A DNA stretch of 64,000 nt, from assembly GCA_030324005.1 (NCBI GenBank), contig JARDVH010000128.1:32447619-32511618 (forward strand). The letters run 5' to 3'. The position numbers were made by a program, and so were the translations under genes. Shown in pieces: positions 21,799 through 36,285 of this stretch. Each line of letters opens with the position of its first letter. The first letter of the stretch is position 1. Source of the stretch: Negaprion brevirostris. Lineage: Eukaryota. The notes beneath the pieces are model-generated. The model had not been told where the DNA came from, ran no database searches, and worked only from the letters and a program-made list of their open reading frames with translations.

Positions 21799-24700
21799 CC
21801 TACCCTCACAGAATGCAGTTGAAGCCAGCTGTGGCTTTACTTTTAGCCTGGCTGCTTAAAAACAATAGACTGATTTATAACACTGTTGGAAGTGTATACT
21901 ATTAAATGTCTTCAGAGGGAAATTAGAGATTTAGTTTGGAGAAAATTGGTGCCTGCCACCTTTAGATTCAGAGCAATATTCACTACTCCTGGTTGTCATC
22001 TAATGATTCCTTTTCTCCTTTCACCTGCCCAGAAAACAACTCAAATAGACATTGAATAAAGAACAGAGCGAGGGCTCAAAAATGGTGATATGTTTGTTGT
22101 CTTTAATTTCTTATAGGCTCGTGGAGAAAAAGCTAGAGCCAGGAGATCTGTCCCCAGAAGGACAAAACAGTCCGGACTGCTATTCTTGTCTCATTTTACT
22201 GATGTTCCATTTTAAAGTACACATGACCAGTTCAGACCAGTATTCTTATTTGCCCATTTTACTGTTTTTTCCCTTTTGTCAGAGTTGCTGCATTTAGGAA
22301 ATGTCAGCAGGCGGGGGAAGCAAAAGAAAACGATCTTGAACATACGAACGTAGTATCCCCCTATTGTGTACAATAAAAGCAGAAGTAGAAACCACAAGGT
22401 TGTTTTCAGTGTATTCTTTGAAAGTCCTGATGTAGCAGCACAGGGTACATTTAGTGCAGTTCTCTGGCTACTTACTCTAGCTATATATGGGCAGATATGC
22501 AGTTCCATTTACCTTTGCAGTTGTGTTTTTGGACAGTTTAAAAAGGTGAGAGACGGGTGTTTATCTGAAGATTTACCACATCACAATGTTTTGCACCAGA
22601 ATTGAAGAATCCGATGCCCTGTTTCTATCTAGTAACAGTCCTAAATTAGTATCCATTTTCTGTGGCATCATATTCATCCTGTTTATATTGCAGGGTGAGT
22701 TCTGTAGAATCAGCAACAGTAAATGCAACAGAATCACATTTGTTACTTCACCATGTGGAAACAGAGGTCCCGCATTGTTAGAGCTAGGCCTGCTGAATCG
22801 ATGTAAAGACTTATTGATCTGATCACTGAGCAGAGGTGCACTTGTGTGCCAGTACTTCAAATTATATTGCTATACCTCTCACTGTGGCTCTGCTTTCCCT
22901 TAAAAGGCCTCTTGTGTGCTGAATCGTGGTGCACAGGCTTCAATATTTTCTGAATTTGTGATCTCTATCTGAAGGAGAAGAGCAGGAGGTGACCTATCAT
23001 GACCTATCTCGAAGTTCTTCTCCAAGATGCATGCCATCCTGACTTGGAACTATGTTGCCAGTTCTTCAATGTCACTCGGTCAAAACCCTGGATTTCTCCC
23101 CTAATAGGATGGTGGCAGTGTCTACACAATAGGGAGTGCAGTATTTCAAGAAGGTGGTTCCCCAGCACATTCTCAAAAGTAGTTGGGGTTGAACAATAAA
23201 GGTTGACGTTTCTAGCAAGTCAACGTTGTGAATGATTTTTTTAAGAAAATTGCACTGGAATTGAGATAGTTTGATGTATCTGCATGCTAATCTGCATCGT
23301 GATACGAGCTTGCAAAAATATATGCAAACATTCAGAAGCTAAGGACAAGGGTGAAGGTACAGCACTGATTTTCACATGTATGCAGACCACATCCAGCTGT
23401 GTCTTACCATTATTTCTCTTGACGCCTCAGCTGTTGCCGTATTATCAGATAGGAGAAGGAAAAATATCCTCCAATCAAATATTGAGAAAACTAAATCTAG
23501 TGGGGTAAATCTTCTGATCCTGCCGCTGCGTGAATTGTCATGAGCAGGAAGGACAACTTCTCAGACCATTGAAAGGGTCATTGACTTTGGGCAGAAATAT
23601 CAGGTCCCAGGGCAGATGTAACTGAGATATCCTGCCCATTGTTTTTAGCCCCTGCTCCAGAATCCATTTCTTAGCTGCCAACTCCATTCCTCTCCTTGAG
23701 AACAGTCAGAGATTAAGCCAGTTTGTTTGCAGCCTTGATGTCATATTTGATTCCGAGATAAGCTTCTGATGTCTTATTCATGCCATCACTAAGACTACCT
23801 ATTTTCACTGCTGTAGTATTACCTGATTTCACCCTATTTCATAGAATATAGAACATTACAGCGCAGAACAGGCCCTTTGGCCCACGATGTTGCGCCGACC
23901 AGTTAAAAAGCAATGACCCTCTAANNNNNNNNNNNNNNNNNNNNNNNNNNNNNNNNNNNNNNNNNNNNNNNNNNNNNNNNNNNNNNNNNNNNNNNNNNNN
24001 NNNNNNNNNNNNNNNNNNNNNNNNNNNNNNNNNNNNNNNNNNNNNNNNNNNNNNNNNNNNNNNNNNNNNNNNNNNNNNNNNNNNNNNNNNNNNNNNNNNN
24101 NNNNNNNNNNNNNNNNNNNNNNNNNNNNNNNNNNNNNNNNNNNNNNNNNNNNNNNNNNNNNNNNNNNNNNNNNNNNNNNNNNNNNNNNNNNNNNNNNNNN
24201 NNNNNNNNNNNNNNNNNNNNNNNNNNNNNNNNNNNNNNNNNNNNNNNNNNNNNNNNNNNNNNNNNNNNNNNNNNNNNNNNNNNNNNNNNNNNNNNNNNNN
24301 NNNNNNNNNNNNNNNNNNNNNNNNNNNNNNNNNNNNNNNNNNNNNNNNNNNNNNNNNNNNNNNNNNNNNNNNNNNNNNNNNNNNNNNNNNNNNNNNNNNN
24401 NNNNNNNNNNNNNNNNNNNNNNNNNNNNNNNNNNNNNNNNNNNNNNNNNNNNNNNNNNNNNNNNNNNNNNNNNNNNNNNNNNNNNNNNNNNNNNNNNNNN
24501 NNNNNNNNNNNNNNNNNNNNNNNNNNNNNNNNNNNNNNNNNNNNNNNNNNNNNNNNNNNNNNNNNNNNNNNNNNNNNNNNNNNNNNNNNNNNNNNNNNNN
24601 NNNNNNNNNNNNNNNNNNNNNNNNNNNNNNNNNNNNNNNNNNNNNNNNNNNNNNNNNNNNNNNNNNNNNNNNNNNNNNNNNNNNNNNNNNNNNNNNNNNN

Positions 24701-26926
24701 NNNNNNNNNNNNNNNNNNNNNNNNNNNNNNNNNNNNNNNNNNNNNNNNNNNNNNNNNNNNNNNNNNNNNNNNNNNNNNNNNNNNNNNNNNNNNNNNNNNN
24801 NNNTTGAGGGAACTTGCTGTATGCAAATTGACTGCTACATTTCTGATATGGTAACAGTGGTTACACTTTAAAAAATACTTTATTGACTGTGAAGTTTTTT
24901 GGGAAGTTTTTGAAGGCACGTATAAATGCAACTTCCTTCTTTCTCTTTTATGCTTTAAGCAGCACTGTTGGGAATCAGTGACATTCATGTCTTCTCCTGT
25001 ACCTCCTCTGATAGTGTCCTTGCTACTGCTCAAACATGCTCCATTTTGAATGGTACAACAGGAAATACAGTAGATAGTAGAAATACTCCGCAGGTCCAGC
25101 AGCCCATATGGAAAGAGAAATAGATTCATAATTTGTCAGAACTGATGATGGGTAATTGAGAGTGATCGATTTGAAATGTTAACTCAGTTTCTCTCTCCAC
25201 AGATGCTGTTAGGTCTACTGAGTATTTTTAGCATTTTTTGTTTCCTGTGGTTATAGTTCCTTGTCTTGAAGACTCAGTCAAGTCTCTTTGTTTACAGAAC
25301 TCTGAGATATCTGAAGGGCATTCAGCTCTGCAGCTTCCTGCGCCCAACCTTGGCTTGTGCAACAACAGAATCTATTAGTTCCATTTCTTTCTATATATGA
25401 TTCCCTTTTATTGTTCCCAGAGGTTAATACTGATGTGTTGTATTTTTACTTCCAACGTAATATTTCAGGTTAGCTATTTTCACATGACACTAGATCTTAA
25501 ACTGACTAGAAAAAGTTCAAACAATGTTTTAATTGAAATTGTTAAGATTACAACAAATGAAATTTTTCAAAAAATCATAACTTGACATAGCAGTTTTTAA
25601 AAGAAACATAAGTGCAATCTGCTATCTCAGCGATGATTAACTTTAACACCTATTCTTGTGGTTGCTATTTGACCTCTTTTGCAAATGGGGCATTTAAAAC
25701 GAGCATTGTTTGTTGTCGGGTTCAAGTGTAGTATAGATCAGTTCAGAATATTAATGTGATCCAGAGTGCACATTGCTGTCGTGTCAATGTGCCACAAAGA
25801 GGTGCTTTGGATTCTGTGCCTACGTGTGTGCAATTTGCTGAACCAGTCTGTTCAATTTTAACAATTATGAGATTAAATGTTTACTGCAATTTATATATTA
25901 TGACCAGAGGGAAGATTAGTAACAAAAACAGAAAATTCTGGAAGTACTCAGTAGGTCAGGTAGCATCTGTGGATGGAGGAACAGAATTAACGTTTCAGAT
26001 TGATGACCTTTCAATAGAATTCTGTTCTTGGCTGGTGACCTGGTGCTACTTATTGTAATAAAATCAGCTGTGGTGGAAACTAACATGAAAAGCAAATATT
26101 GCATCTAATTAGACATACCTGAATACTCTCTGCAGGAAAGCAATGTCTGCTCACCTTAGTGGGTTCAGTGAACTGGGTTTGTAAAGGATTTGGAAGAGTT
26201 TTTATTAGAGTGCAAATGGGCTGTGGTAGATTATTGACTTATTTGTTGTACTTATTTTTATAACAGGGTAAATGGAAGAAATAGTTTGGTATCACGTACA
26301 TATGGGACATCTGAAAAATACAGATTCCTTTTGCACTGCCCATTGAAGTACAAGAACAAATTCACATTTGTTGTACCATTCTTTTTAATGGTAAAATTAT
26401 CTTATTCAGCAGTGGGAACTGATAAGTGGAAAAAGATGTCTAGATACTAAGCTTTATTATTTTAACTAATATTATGCTTTATAAAATTAATTCTGAAATT
26501 TTTAGATTGGAACAAGCTGAAATAATATTTTCCTTTTAACACTTAACAATCTTCTCAAATCCCATTTTAAGTTTCTTGTTGCACAGTAATCAAAGAATGA
26601 ATCGTGTGTCTGTGGAAGAGCATACGAAAAAGAAGCACAATTAGACCATTGTACTTGTGTGCCCTGAATATTCATTGCTTTTTAACACCGTGGTATTAGT
26701 GAACCTTTGCCTCTTTCTTTTTAAAATGAACCCTTGTAACAAATAATTACGTACCATTGGAGCAACTGTCTTGGATGCCATCTATGGCTCTGATAATAGT
26801 TCATTGGTTTATAAATGTGAAAGTTGTTTAACTAGAAAAGCCTAAATAGAATGCTTATATGAATTAAATGCAGAGTTAGCACCAGACCTTTAGTAAGGCA
26901 ACTGATTTATTTTGTCTGTTTTGCAG

Positions 26927-27027
26927 GAGGCTTGGAGACATGCATTGGAAAAAGCTAAACACATACCTGATCCTTGGGCAGAATTCCATCTGGAAGAAAT
27001 TGAGACCGAGTCTGCAACTCGTTACAG
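26927..27027 (+). CDS. EEF2K: EEF2K coding exon 2 (calmodulin-binding region)
   Basis: EAWRHALEKAKHIPDPWAEFHLEEIETESATRY(R); 101 nt with AG/GT boundaries. Confidence 0.97.
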
Positions 27028-30000
27028 GTCTATATTTCTTGTAACTTTAGTTGCATCATTTGATTCCTGAAAGTCTGAAATATGAGTCTCAAATTAAAAT
27101 GAAACTTTGTGAGGAACAAAATTTAATGCACAGTAAACATGATTCAGAATAGAATTACATTCTGTTGAAGTTGAGGATCAACAGGAAGTCTGCCTGAGTA
27201 TTTTTTTCCTAAATGCTGTACATTATACTGTGCCAAAACATAAATTCAGCGTGTTAATGTCCGTAGAATTTTTCAACTGCTGTACAGAAATAAGGCAGAA
27301 AGTGAAGGAATTTCCTATATAAAGGGCAGAATTTTTCATTTTCCTTGGACCCAATATTGTTGTAATTGTAGGAAGATTGGTTTGTGGTATTGTTTGATAT
27401 CAAACGCATCTGTCCTGNNNNNNNNNNNNNNNNNNNNNNNNNNNNNNNNNNNNNNNNNNNNNNNNNNNNNNNNNNNNNNNNNNNNNNNNNNNNNNNNNNN
27501 NNNNNNNNNNNNNNNNNNNNNNNNNNNNNNNNNNNNNNNNNNNNNNNNNNNNNNNNNNNNNNNNNNNNNNNNNNNNNNNNNNNNNNNNNNNNNNNNNNNN
27601 NNNNNNNNNNNNNNGACTATGTGTTTCTGTGCAGAGACAGCTTATATCCTTATCGAGTAATGTTTGGGATACTACGGTTGTCCTTAGTGTTTAGCTAGGG
27701 AGAGAAAACATCAGGCAAAATATTCTGACCACTATCCAGTGACCCCTGTGTTGGAAAGTGAGGTGGGTGAGGTTAGCATCAGACTGAGATGTGATGCTCT
27801 TCACCTGTCAGTAACCTACCAGTTCACTGAATAGGCTATTGCATGAAAATGGTCACTTGTTCAAAGTAGCAGAGTCAACCACTACCTGTGAAACTACTCC
27901 AAAATGGGTCATAGTCATTATAGAATTATACAGTATAGAAGGAGGACGGTTAGCTCATTGTACCTGTCCCAATTCTCTGAAAGAGCTATCAAATTAGACC
28001 CACACCTGCTATTCCTTCCCCTTAATCCTGTAGTTTTTCTTTATTTTTCAAGTATTAATCTAATTCCCATTCACAAGTAACTAGTGAGTCTGTTTCCACC
28101 GCTCTTTCAGGCAGTGCATTCAAAATCATAACAACTCAATACATAATATTTTTTTCTCCCTACCAGGCCTTTTTTTGTAATTTCTTTTATATCTGTGTTC
28201 CCAGGTTACTGACCTTCCCTACAGTGGAAACAGATTTTTTATATCTATTTTGTCAAAGCTGTTCATGATTTTGAACAATTCTTTTCAAACTCTGCTTAAA
28301 CTTCTCTGCTCTAGTAAATCTCCTCTGCACCTTTTCTAAAGTTTTGATGCTTACCAAAGAGAAAGAAAGCTTCTAGGAGTTAACTTATTTCCATTAATAT
28401 TGTACACTAACTACCAAAGGAGTTTTAGCTAAAAGATTCATTTCCTGTTTGGTGTTTTAGATTATTTGAAGTTTCTGTGCTGTTTTAAAACCTTGCTTGG
28501 ACCTCTTCGCTAATTAAGAACCAGACTGAAGAGTTGTGTATGTGAGAGGGCAATCTTTAAAGAGGAATATTATAAACAGGCATCAGTAACACTAGCCTGA
28601 GTATTGCAAAGTTACATCATTGCAGTATGTTCAAGATTTATTATTGAACCATGGCTTTTAGCCAGCTTAATCAAACTTGCAATACTGCAATTCATGGGAA
28701 ACTCTGGGAGCTAAACAATCATGTTTGTATATGAGGGTACACCCTTTTAATTAAAAGTATCCAGTAATGACTGTGTTTTTAATTAATAATGCCTGCATAT
28801 TATTGGTACACAGCATCGCAGTAGTGCCAATGAGATCTGTTGCAGACTAAAGTATGTCGCTGCTATGAATGTATTTTTTTTCTATGTGTGAGCCAAAATT
28901 AGACCAGTCAGTTTCTGCTGAAAATAGAAGTTCGAGTAAGCATGGTTGTCGAATTCTTCAAAACTTTTTATTGTAGGAAAATAATAATCTATGGACCTGA
29001 TTATCAAAAAAGGCCACCTTGCTACTCTCACTTTGCTTAAGGGGTTATAGGATGTGTTTCTTGAACAATGGGTAAAAGTGTCTGCAATATTTAACAATTG
29101 CTTTGGCAGTTTAAAATGTCAGGGAGGGTAGGGAGTTATTTTGATAGCAGCTGTTACTTTCCCAGGCTGTAAAAAATATTGTCTGCAAATAATGGAGGTT
29201 TCTTTTTGGAGGGTGCAGTTATATTGGAAAATTGAGATCCCTTCTGCCTCACCTCACTTTCTTCCTTCAAATTGATTGTTTTATTTTCTCCAGTATTATA
29301 CCCAAGTGACTATATGTGTTCTCTTGGACACTGTGATTCATGAAGGACATCACAGCAAAGCCTAATGCTATTCTCATCTGACATTCAACACATGAGCCCT
29401 TTCCAACTAGGAGTCACTCAGTGTTGGGAACCCTGGCTGCTTTTCCTTTCCAGTCCAGAAATGCTCAGGCCAATTATAGCACGCCTAAGGTCTGGCTAAA
29501 CTGACATCAGTTAATTTAACATCAGTGCCGTAACGAGGAACTTCTGATCTGGAAGGCTCGTTATCACAACAGAAGGTGTCAATAATCACTGAACGATTAA
29601 GAAAACTGTAGAATTAAATACATTTCTCAACTTTGGATATATCTTCTGTAATTTTACCCTCTTTTCCTGTAGTATTTCTTGGTCAGTGTTGACACACAGC
29701 TTAATTCCAGGTACCTACCATGGCCAGCCTTAATCTGCGAATAACAACGTTAAAAATACCTCCAAGGCTAAAGGCTACTAGCTATTTGTTCTAAAAGTTG
29801 GATTAAGTTGTAATATGTTCCTGATCCCGACTGGTTTCAGGATTTTTATGTTCATGAGTCCAACATTTTTTCTGACTCTTTGATAGAGAGAAGCAGTTGG
29901 CTGCAATCGAGATGTTGAAACTTATCCATGGCAGTCTGAAACAACAGATAATTCTCCCAGAGGGCATTTGTAGATACTATGGAGTGAGAAACTATGTTCC

Positions 30001-30778
30001 ATTTACACAGCATGGCTGGTAGGAATTACACTTCAGAAACCGTCAGCTGTTGGCAGTTCCACTGGTCACTCCCTAGACAGTAACACATCAGTGGTCATCT
30101 TATCAGACATCCTGTTCCGAAAAACCATAACAAAGGGATGATCCATAAGTTCTTAATCAATTGCTAAGGTCTTCTGAGAAGGTAAGGCAGAGTGTAGGGA
30201 AGCCTAGCCTGAGAAGCAAGCTGACGATTTGCAGAGCAGTCCTTGATCTGATTCGGTTTTGGAATTGACTAAAATGAGTTGCACCATCGTATTGGGTAGT
30301 GTGGGCAAATCCTCAGTGTAGGAAATATGGGATCAATTTAGCTATGGGAGTGTCCAACACTGTAATGATTTGATTCTTTATTAGAGCTACTTTTGGCAAC
30401 ATAGAAATTCCACTTGTTGCATTTTACAGCTAACTAGGTGGTCTCAAGGATTGAATTGCCTTTCCTACACTGCAGAGTGGCTACAGTTTGAGAGACCCTA
30501 AAAGATGCTATATAAATGCAAGTTTTCTTTGTATTATTATTTGGATTTGCTAAATCTAATTGGGTGAATTTAATTCACTTGACCTGAAAAAGAAATGACT
30601 TTCCTGAAGGGAGTGAAAACTACTTTCCCCATGTTCACTGCTGCCATGCGCTAGCCACCAGTGTATCAGTGATGTCCCACCCTCCACCTGAGGGAGGGAT
30701 CAGGTATATAGAAATTGGGTGTGATGAACTCATTTAGAATTCAAATAATCCCCTTGCTTGATATTTCTGTGTCACTAG

Positions 30779-30839
30779 GTACAACGCTATTTCAGGAAAA
30801 TGGGTAGAAGATGAAGTATTCATGAAAATGGCACAACAG
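30779..30839 (+). CDS. EEF2K: EEF2K coding exon 3
   Basis: YNAISGKWVEDEVFMKMAQQ; 61 nt; TAG acceptor, GTAATT donor. Confidence 0.96.
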
Positions 30840-31154
30840 GTAATTACATCACGACTGTAAATCTTTTTATACTGTTTCACACAGTAATGTTGTTTTGGAT
30901 GTTGCGGTTAGGTGTTTTGCTTGTCTGCTATCTGCATCCTGTATCGTTAATCCAATGAGAATGTAGGCACGAGACATGGACCTGGCCACTGCCATTGCCA
31001 GTTCTCAGCTGTGTTAGAAAAGTTGAATTAATCTGCTGTGCAACAGCTACTTACCTATCCCTGAGCCCAGCAAATACTAAAGAGGAAAGAACACATCTCC
31101 AGAACTTGCCAAGCAACCTGCACGTCTGGGACATGTAGAGATGTGTTTCTTGTT

Positions 31155-31600
31155 TGGCCTTTGCTCAGTGCTAGCAATTTCATATCTGAGTCAGAAGGTC
31201 ATATGTTTCAGGCCCACTCCAGAAAGCAAGGCCTCTGCAGTACTGATGGAATACTACACTGCTGAAAGGTCAGTACAGAGGGAAATAGTGTTGTTGGAGG
31301 TGGATTCAATTGAATGTGATGTTAAACCAAGGTCCCCATCTGCACTGTCAGATGTATAAGATCTCAGAGCACCATTCAAAGTAGAGCAGGGGAAATTCTC
31401 GCTGGTATTGTGGTCAGTATTTATCCCTCAATTAACATCACGAGAAAACAGATTTGTCATTGTGACGCCTTGCTGTTTGCAAATTCACTGTCATGTTTCA
31501 ATATATTACAATGGTGACTGCAATTCAGAAGTATTCGGTTGGTGCTAAAGTACTTTGAAGATTCTGACATGATGATAGGCATTATATAATGCAAGTTTGA
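31155..31600 (+). mobile_element. Deu-domain SINE (SacSINE1-like)
   Basis: Decayed tRNA head, a central GATGTTAAACCAAGG..GAGCAGGGG..TATTTATCCCTCAA segment, and an L2-like tail ATATAATGCAAGTTT. Related copies lie at about 37815-38235 and 62120-62510 (+), and 13560-13790 and 57290-57810 (-). Confidence 0.65.
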
Positions 31601-34373
31601 TTTTTTTTATGATCAGACATAAAATATGTTATAATAAATGGTTTAGAAAAGTGTGGGTTGTACCTCGAGCTGCACAGTGAACGTTCATGAGTGTAGCACA
31701 CTTATGTACACTACGTTGTCACTTAAGGCTGTGGATGTGTTGCTGACAACAACAGCTTTGTGAGACAACTTTACGTGAATCATAGAAACTCATAGGAATC
31801 AATGCTGAAGCCAGAATTAGGTTTCTTCAGACATTTCATGCCCAGAAAAACCAATGTATGAGTTGATGTATTGTACCATCCATCTGCAGCACCTTGCACT
31901 CTTAGTTCAAATAGCTTGCAAAACAAAATACATTTATTGAATATGGTAGAAAAACAAATACATTGAAATTAGATAACATCGTCACCCAAACAAGTCTCTA
32001 GTATCAATTCATCTGTCTCTCATCACAGCACCCCTGAAACCCAGTTCAGCTTCTTGCTTGCTTTCCTTTCTCTCTCTCTTCCTTCACCTGCTCGGCAATT
32101 CCCTCTTGTTCTGCTCGGTCGCTCTCCCTGAAGTCTGGACCTCTTCTTGACAGTCTGCAGATGGAGCTGGGAATGGTGCGGGTCATGCTCCCCGCCCTAG
32201 GTTATTAACACTTCATTACTTGGTGGGTGGCCAGCAGCTTCCTATCCCTGCCGTGCTCCTGCAACTTGGGCCTTGTTCTTTCCCCACACCCTGGGCCTCT
32301 AGTGATAACAGTGATGGCTGGTTCAGATTGCAGTCTGGTGGGGTAGAGGAATGTTGGCCCAAGCATGGGCAACTTAAAACTATCAATGACAACATAAATC
32401 AGGAAAAAGTCTCAAAGGTTAAACCATGTTTAAGTGAAACGGCGTTAAATAACATAAAGTGAGGACTCGCTGTAGAAAGATTCTTCAGCATTTTTAATTA
32501 AGTCACAGATTAGCCTAATCTTTAGTGTGTATTGCCATGTATGTTCTACACAAAAGCATCATTCAACCTGTTATGACTCAGTGCATCTCCTGCATTGAAG
32601 AGTTTACCCTTGCTGTCCAACGTGTAATTGTGAGACAAGCTAACCTGGGGTTGTAACAATGAAAGCATCCTGTGTATACTGAACACGGTCATTTTGTATA
32701 TGCCTCCAGCATCAGCTGTATTCCACATCTTTCAGCAGATAGAGCGCTGAATATTCCAGTGAGAAAAGGCCAATTGTCAACCAACAAACTGCTTTCGTTT
32801 GCATTTGAAGAAACCAGAAAATGGTTTTAGTGAAATTCAGTCTGATTCCTTGTGCAACATAAATTATGCAAACTGAGCAAACCTATCCTCCTGAGTGCAG
32901 ATCTCCTGCTGGTTACCTACAACTAGACTCAAATAAATGAGATCACTTCAACATTACACATATGAGTATCATTTGAATATATTAACTAAAATGATTTGGT
33001 ATGCATGAATTCAAATTCTATCAGCATCTAATCACAGCTATTGGGTTAAATACTCTCTTCTAAATAGGCATTTGTGACCCATTGTATGTTGGAATATGTA
33101 ACAACACAGGCAGGGAGATGACAGTGCAGACCACATTGGGCAAAAATATTTAATTAAAGTTTATTTATTAGTGGCACAAGTAGGCTAACATTGACACTGT
33201 TATGAAGCTACAAAGCTACTGTGAAAATCTCCTAGTCTCCTAGTTCAGGTACATTGAGAGGGAATGGCCGATGCAACTAACTGGCATGTCTTTTGGACTG
33301 TCAGGGGAAACCAGAGCACCTGGAGGAAACCCACGTAGACACGGGGAGAATGTGCAGTTAGTCGCGGTACAACAAGGTTTTAGTCACATGCAGTTCTTTT
33401 AGTAAATGACACCTTACACACAATTCAGGTAAAAATGCTTCATATCTATACTTATTTAAACATTGATCACAATTTAGTTTGGAACTTTGCAGCCTTTTTC
33501 TTTCACCAAAGTTTGGAATTTTGGTGTGAATTTATCAGGCACAGCACTACTTCATGCAGCTTATAGATTTTGCCCAGCAGTTGTGAGCAAATTCTTGACT
33601 TCATCAGAGTGATTACTCAGTAAGTTGCCTCACACAGATGACCTGGAACAGCCCATCTGCCCATCCAAGGACACTTTGCATACAAATGTATGAACTATCA
33701 GCAGGAGCAAGCCATTCGGCCCTTCAAGCCTGCACTGGCAATCAATAAGATCATGGCAGATATGACTGTAACCTTCTTGACCACCACCAGTGACCTTTCA
33801 CCCCTTCTTTGTCAAGTTGTTGAAAACTTGAAAGACACTGGGCCCAATTTTACCATTTTCATTCTAAGTGCTGAATCTGGGCACAATTCAGGTCCAACTT
33901 GGAAATCTGCTTTCAGGTGTTCCCATACGTACTTAGCCTGAAAAAAAATCACGAATCTGAATTGCACTGTGGGCGGGACTTATAGTGCTCGAAATGATCG
34001 GAACTCTGAACTGCGTACGCACAGCGAGGAAAATATTTGAAAATCGCACCGCTATCACATCGCTCCCGGACTGCAAAAAGCAGATAAAGCAGCCCTGGAG
34101 TGATGGTCCCCACAGACGTCACCCCACAACATAACNNNNNNNNNNNNNNNNNNNNNNNNNNNNNNNNNNNNNNNNNNNNNNNNNNNNNNNNNNNNNNNNN
34201 NNNNNNNNNNNNNNNNNNNNNNNNNNNNNNNNNNNAAAAGCAAAGGGAAAGCTTGTGAAAGCTTCTTAAGAAATAAGCATTTGACGTTCATTGTACTTCC
34301 TTCTCCTTTTAATAAAGTTTTAGAGAAATTACTTGCTTGAGCGTAAATAAAGAAATTCATGTTTCCCTTTCAG

Positions 34374-34411
34374 CCTTTTGGTCGAGGCGCAATGCGGGAA
34401 TGTTACAGAAC
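34374..34411 (+). CDS. EEF2K: EEF2K coding exon 4 (Gly-rich loop)
   Basis: PFGRGAMRECYR(T); 38 nt; CAG acceptor, GTAAGT donor. Confidence 0.97.
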
Positions 34412-36285
34412 GTAAGTTTTATACGTTTGTTGTGCCATTGAGTAGTTGGTGTAGATCAGAGTGGGCACAGTGTCCTGGGATTCTGAGTGATGAAGTAAAG
34501 CTGTACATTCCTCACTTCAGTTTGCTGTGGATGTATATTTATCATATGCAATGGGGGAGATAGTAGTATGGTGGTAATGTCGCCAGAGGTCCAGATTAAT
34601 GTCTTGGGGACATAGATTAAAATTCAATTCATAAAATCTGGAATTAAAAGTGAGCCTTGGTAACAGTGATCATTAAAACATTGTCAATTGTCCTAAAACT
34701 CATCTTGTTCACTAATGTCCTTTAAAGGAAAAAAATCTGCCATCCTTACCCAGGCTGGTCTCCCTGCAACTCCAGACCCAAGCTTTGTGGGTGACTCTCA
34801 GCTGCCTTCTGAAATGGTCTAGCAAGCCACTCAATTAAAGGGAAATCAGCGATGGGCAACAAATGCTGACCTTGTCAATGACATTCACATTCCATGAAAG
34901 AATTAAATGAAATTGTTTTTCTTGTGTAGTGAGGAGACAACACCTTTCTCCTAGTAGAATGCAAATAATGATAGTAGACTTAAGAGGTTAAGGGGGATGG
35001 TGTAGATTAAATTTAACTTCCCTGCCTCCCAGTAACAAGACCTAATAGAGGATGTTATACAGAACACTTTATAAAAACAATTCAGTTGGAATTTCCTGTC
35101 TGTTCTCACCAGTGGGATCGTATGGTCCCACTGAGGGTGAACACAGGGTTTTCCAGTGACAGAGGTGCATAAAATGGGAAAATGGTGGGCCACCTTTGTG
35201 AAACATGTGATGGAGATGTGTGGAAAATTCTGTCCTTGATTTTGTTTCCAGAGAGAATTTTGCATGGCTTCTGTGATTTGGTCATTAGCTGGTCTGACAC
35301 TGAATTGCACAGGCCAGGTAAACTGTTTGCTAACAAACCAAAGCTGGGATAGTGGCATGGCTATTACAGTCATACTCATTTCCCTGGCTAATCGAATACG
35401 AGGGGTCAGGGCTCCAGTTTGTGATTGCTGCTTACTCTCGCCCCTTGCAAGAAAGATATCCAACACACACACACACTGGAGCTGTGTTAGTTAGGATACA
35501 GGAAGTGTTGGGAAACTGGTTAATAGTTGGTGGATGTGATAACTGATTACTTTTATTTTTAAGAACATTTTTCTCATTCAGGATTCATGGAGTCCCAAAA
35601 CTTTTGCAGCATTGGTGGAGGAGATTTTGCTCATTCCTCCAGGAGAATGTGTCTGCCTAAAATAGTTCTCCATTTAGTCACCTTCCTCCATGACTTCCCT
35701 CGACGCTATTATATGTCCCTTTTAATATTGTTTATTTTAAAATCCAGTCAATGAGGATTTATTTTAAATTATTATAGCTGTGTGGTATCTGGGATTTATC
35801 CCTTGTTAGTAGATTAAATGGGTTGCTGACATTTCCAAAATTTGCAGACATGAAGCAGGACATTTCACAAAATTAGTGTCTTTGTAAGCATGCAGTATTA
35901 ATTTACAGTCTGGTCATAGCACTGTGATACTACATGCTTCTAAACCAACAGTAGAAACATGTAGACGATCTCTAGAATTCTCAGGCAGTGGATTCTAAAC
36001 TTTGCAGTCACCTCTGCACTTTTAATATATGGACTGAAATTTTAGCCTTTTGTTTATTTGGGTTGAATTATTTTTAAATAATTTGTGCATTAAATCATTG
36101 CATATACTGTCTTAATTTTGCTTTACTACTGGATTGTAGATTATACTGAGTATTGGAAGTTGCTAAGTGCCACCCTAATTGTCTTTATTCATAAATGAGG
36201 TTTGCCCATGCATGTTGTAGCTGGGATTGCTAACGTGCTTATTGGGTAAGGAAATTTAGTTTCCACTCTGATGACACATTGTTGA

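Noticed and set aside
23921-25129. 402-aa ORF and other long ORFs containing X
   Set aside because: They are open only because they run through N gaps.
35098-35145. Hairpin TGTTCTCACCAGTGGGATC..GGTCCCACTGAGGGTGAACA as a possible miRNA
   Set aside because: It lies inside a short TIR-bounded MITE-like element (about 35085-35235), and the stem is too short for a confident pre-miRNA call.
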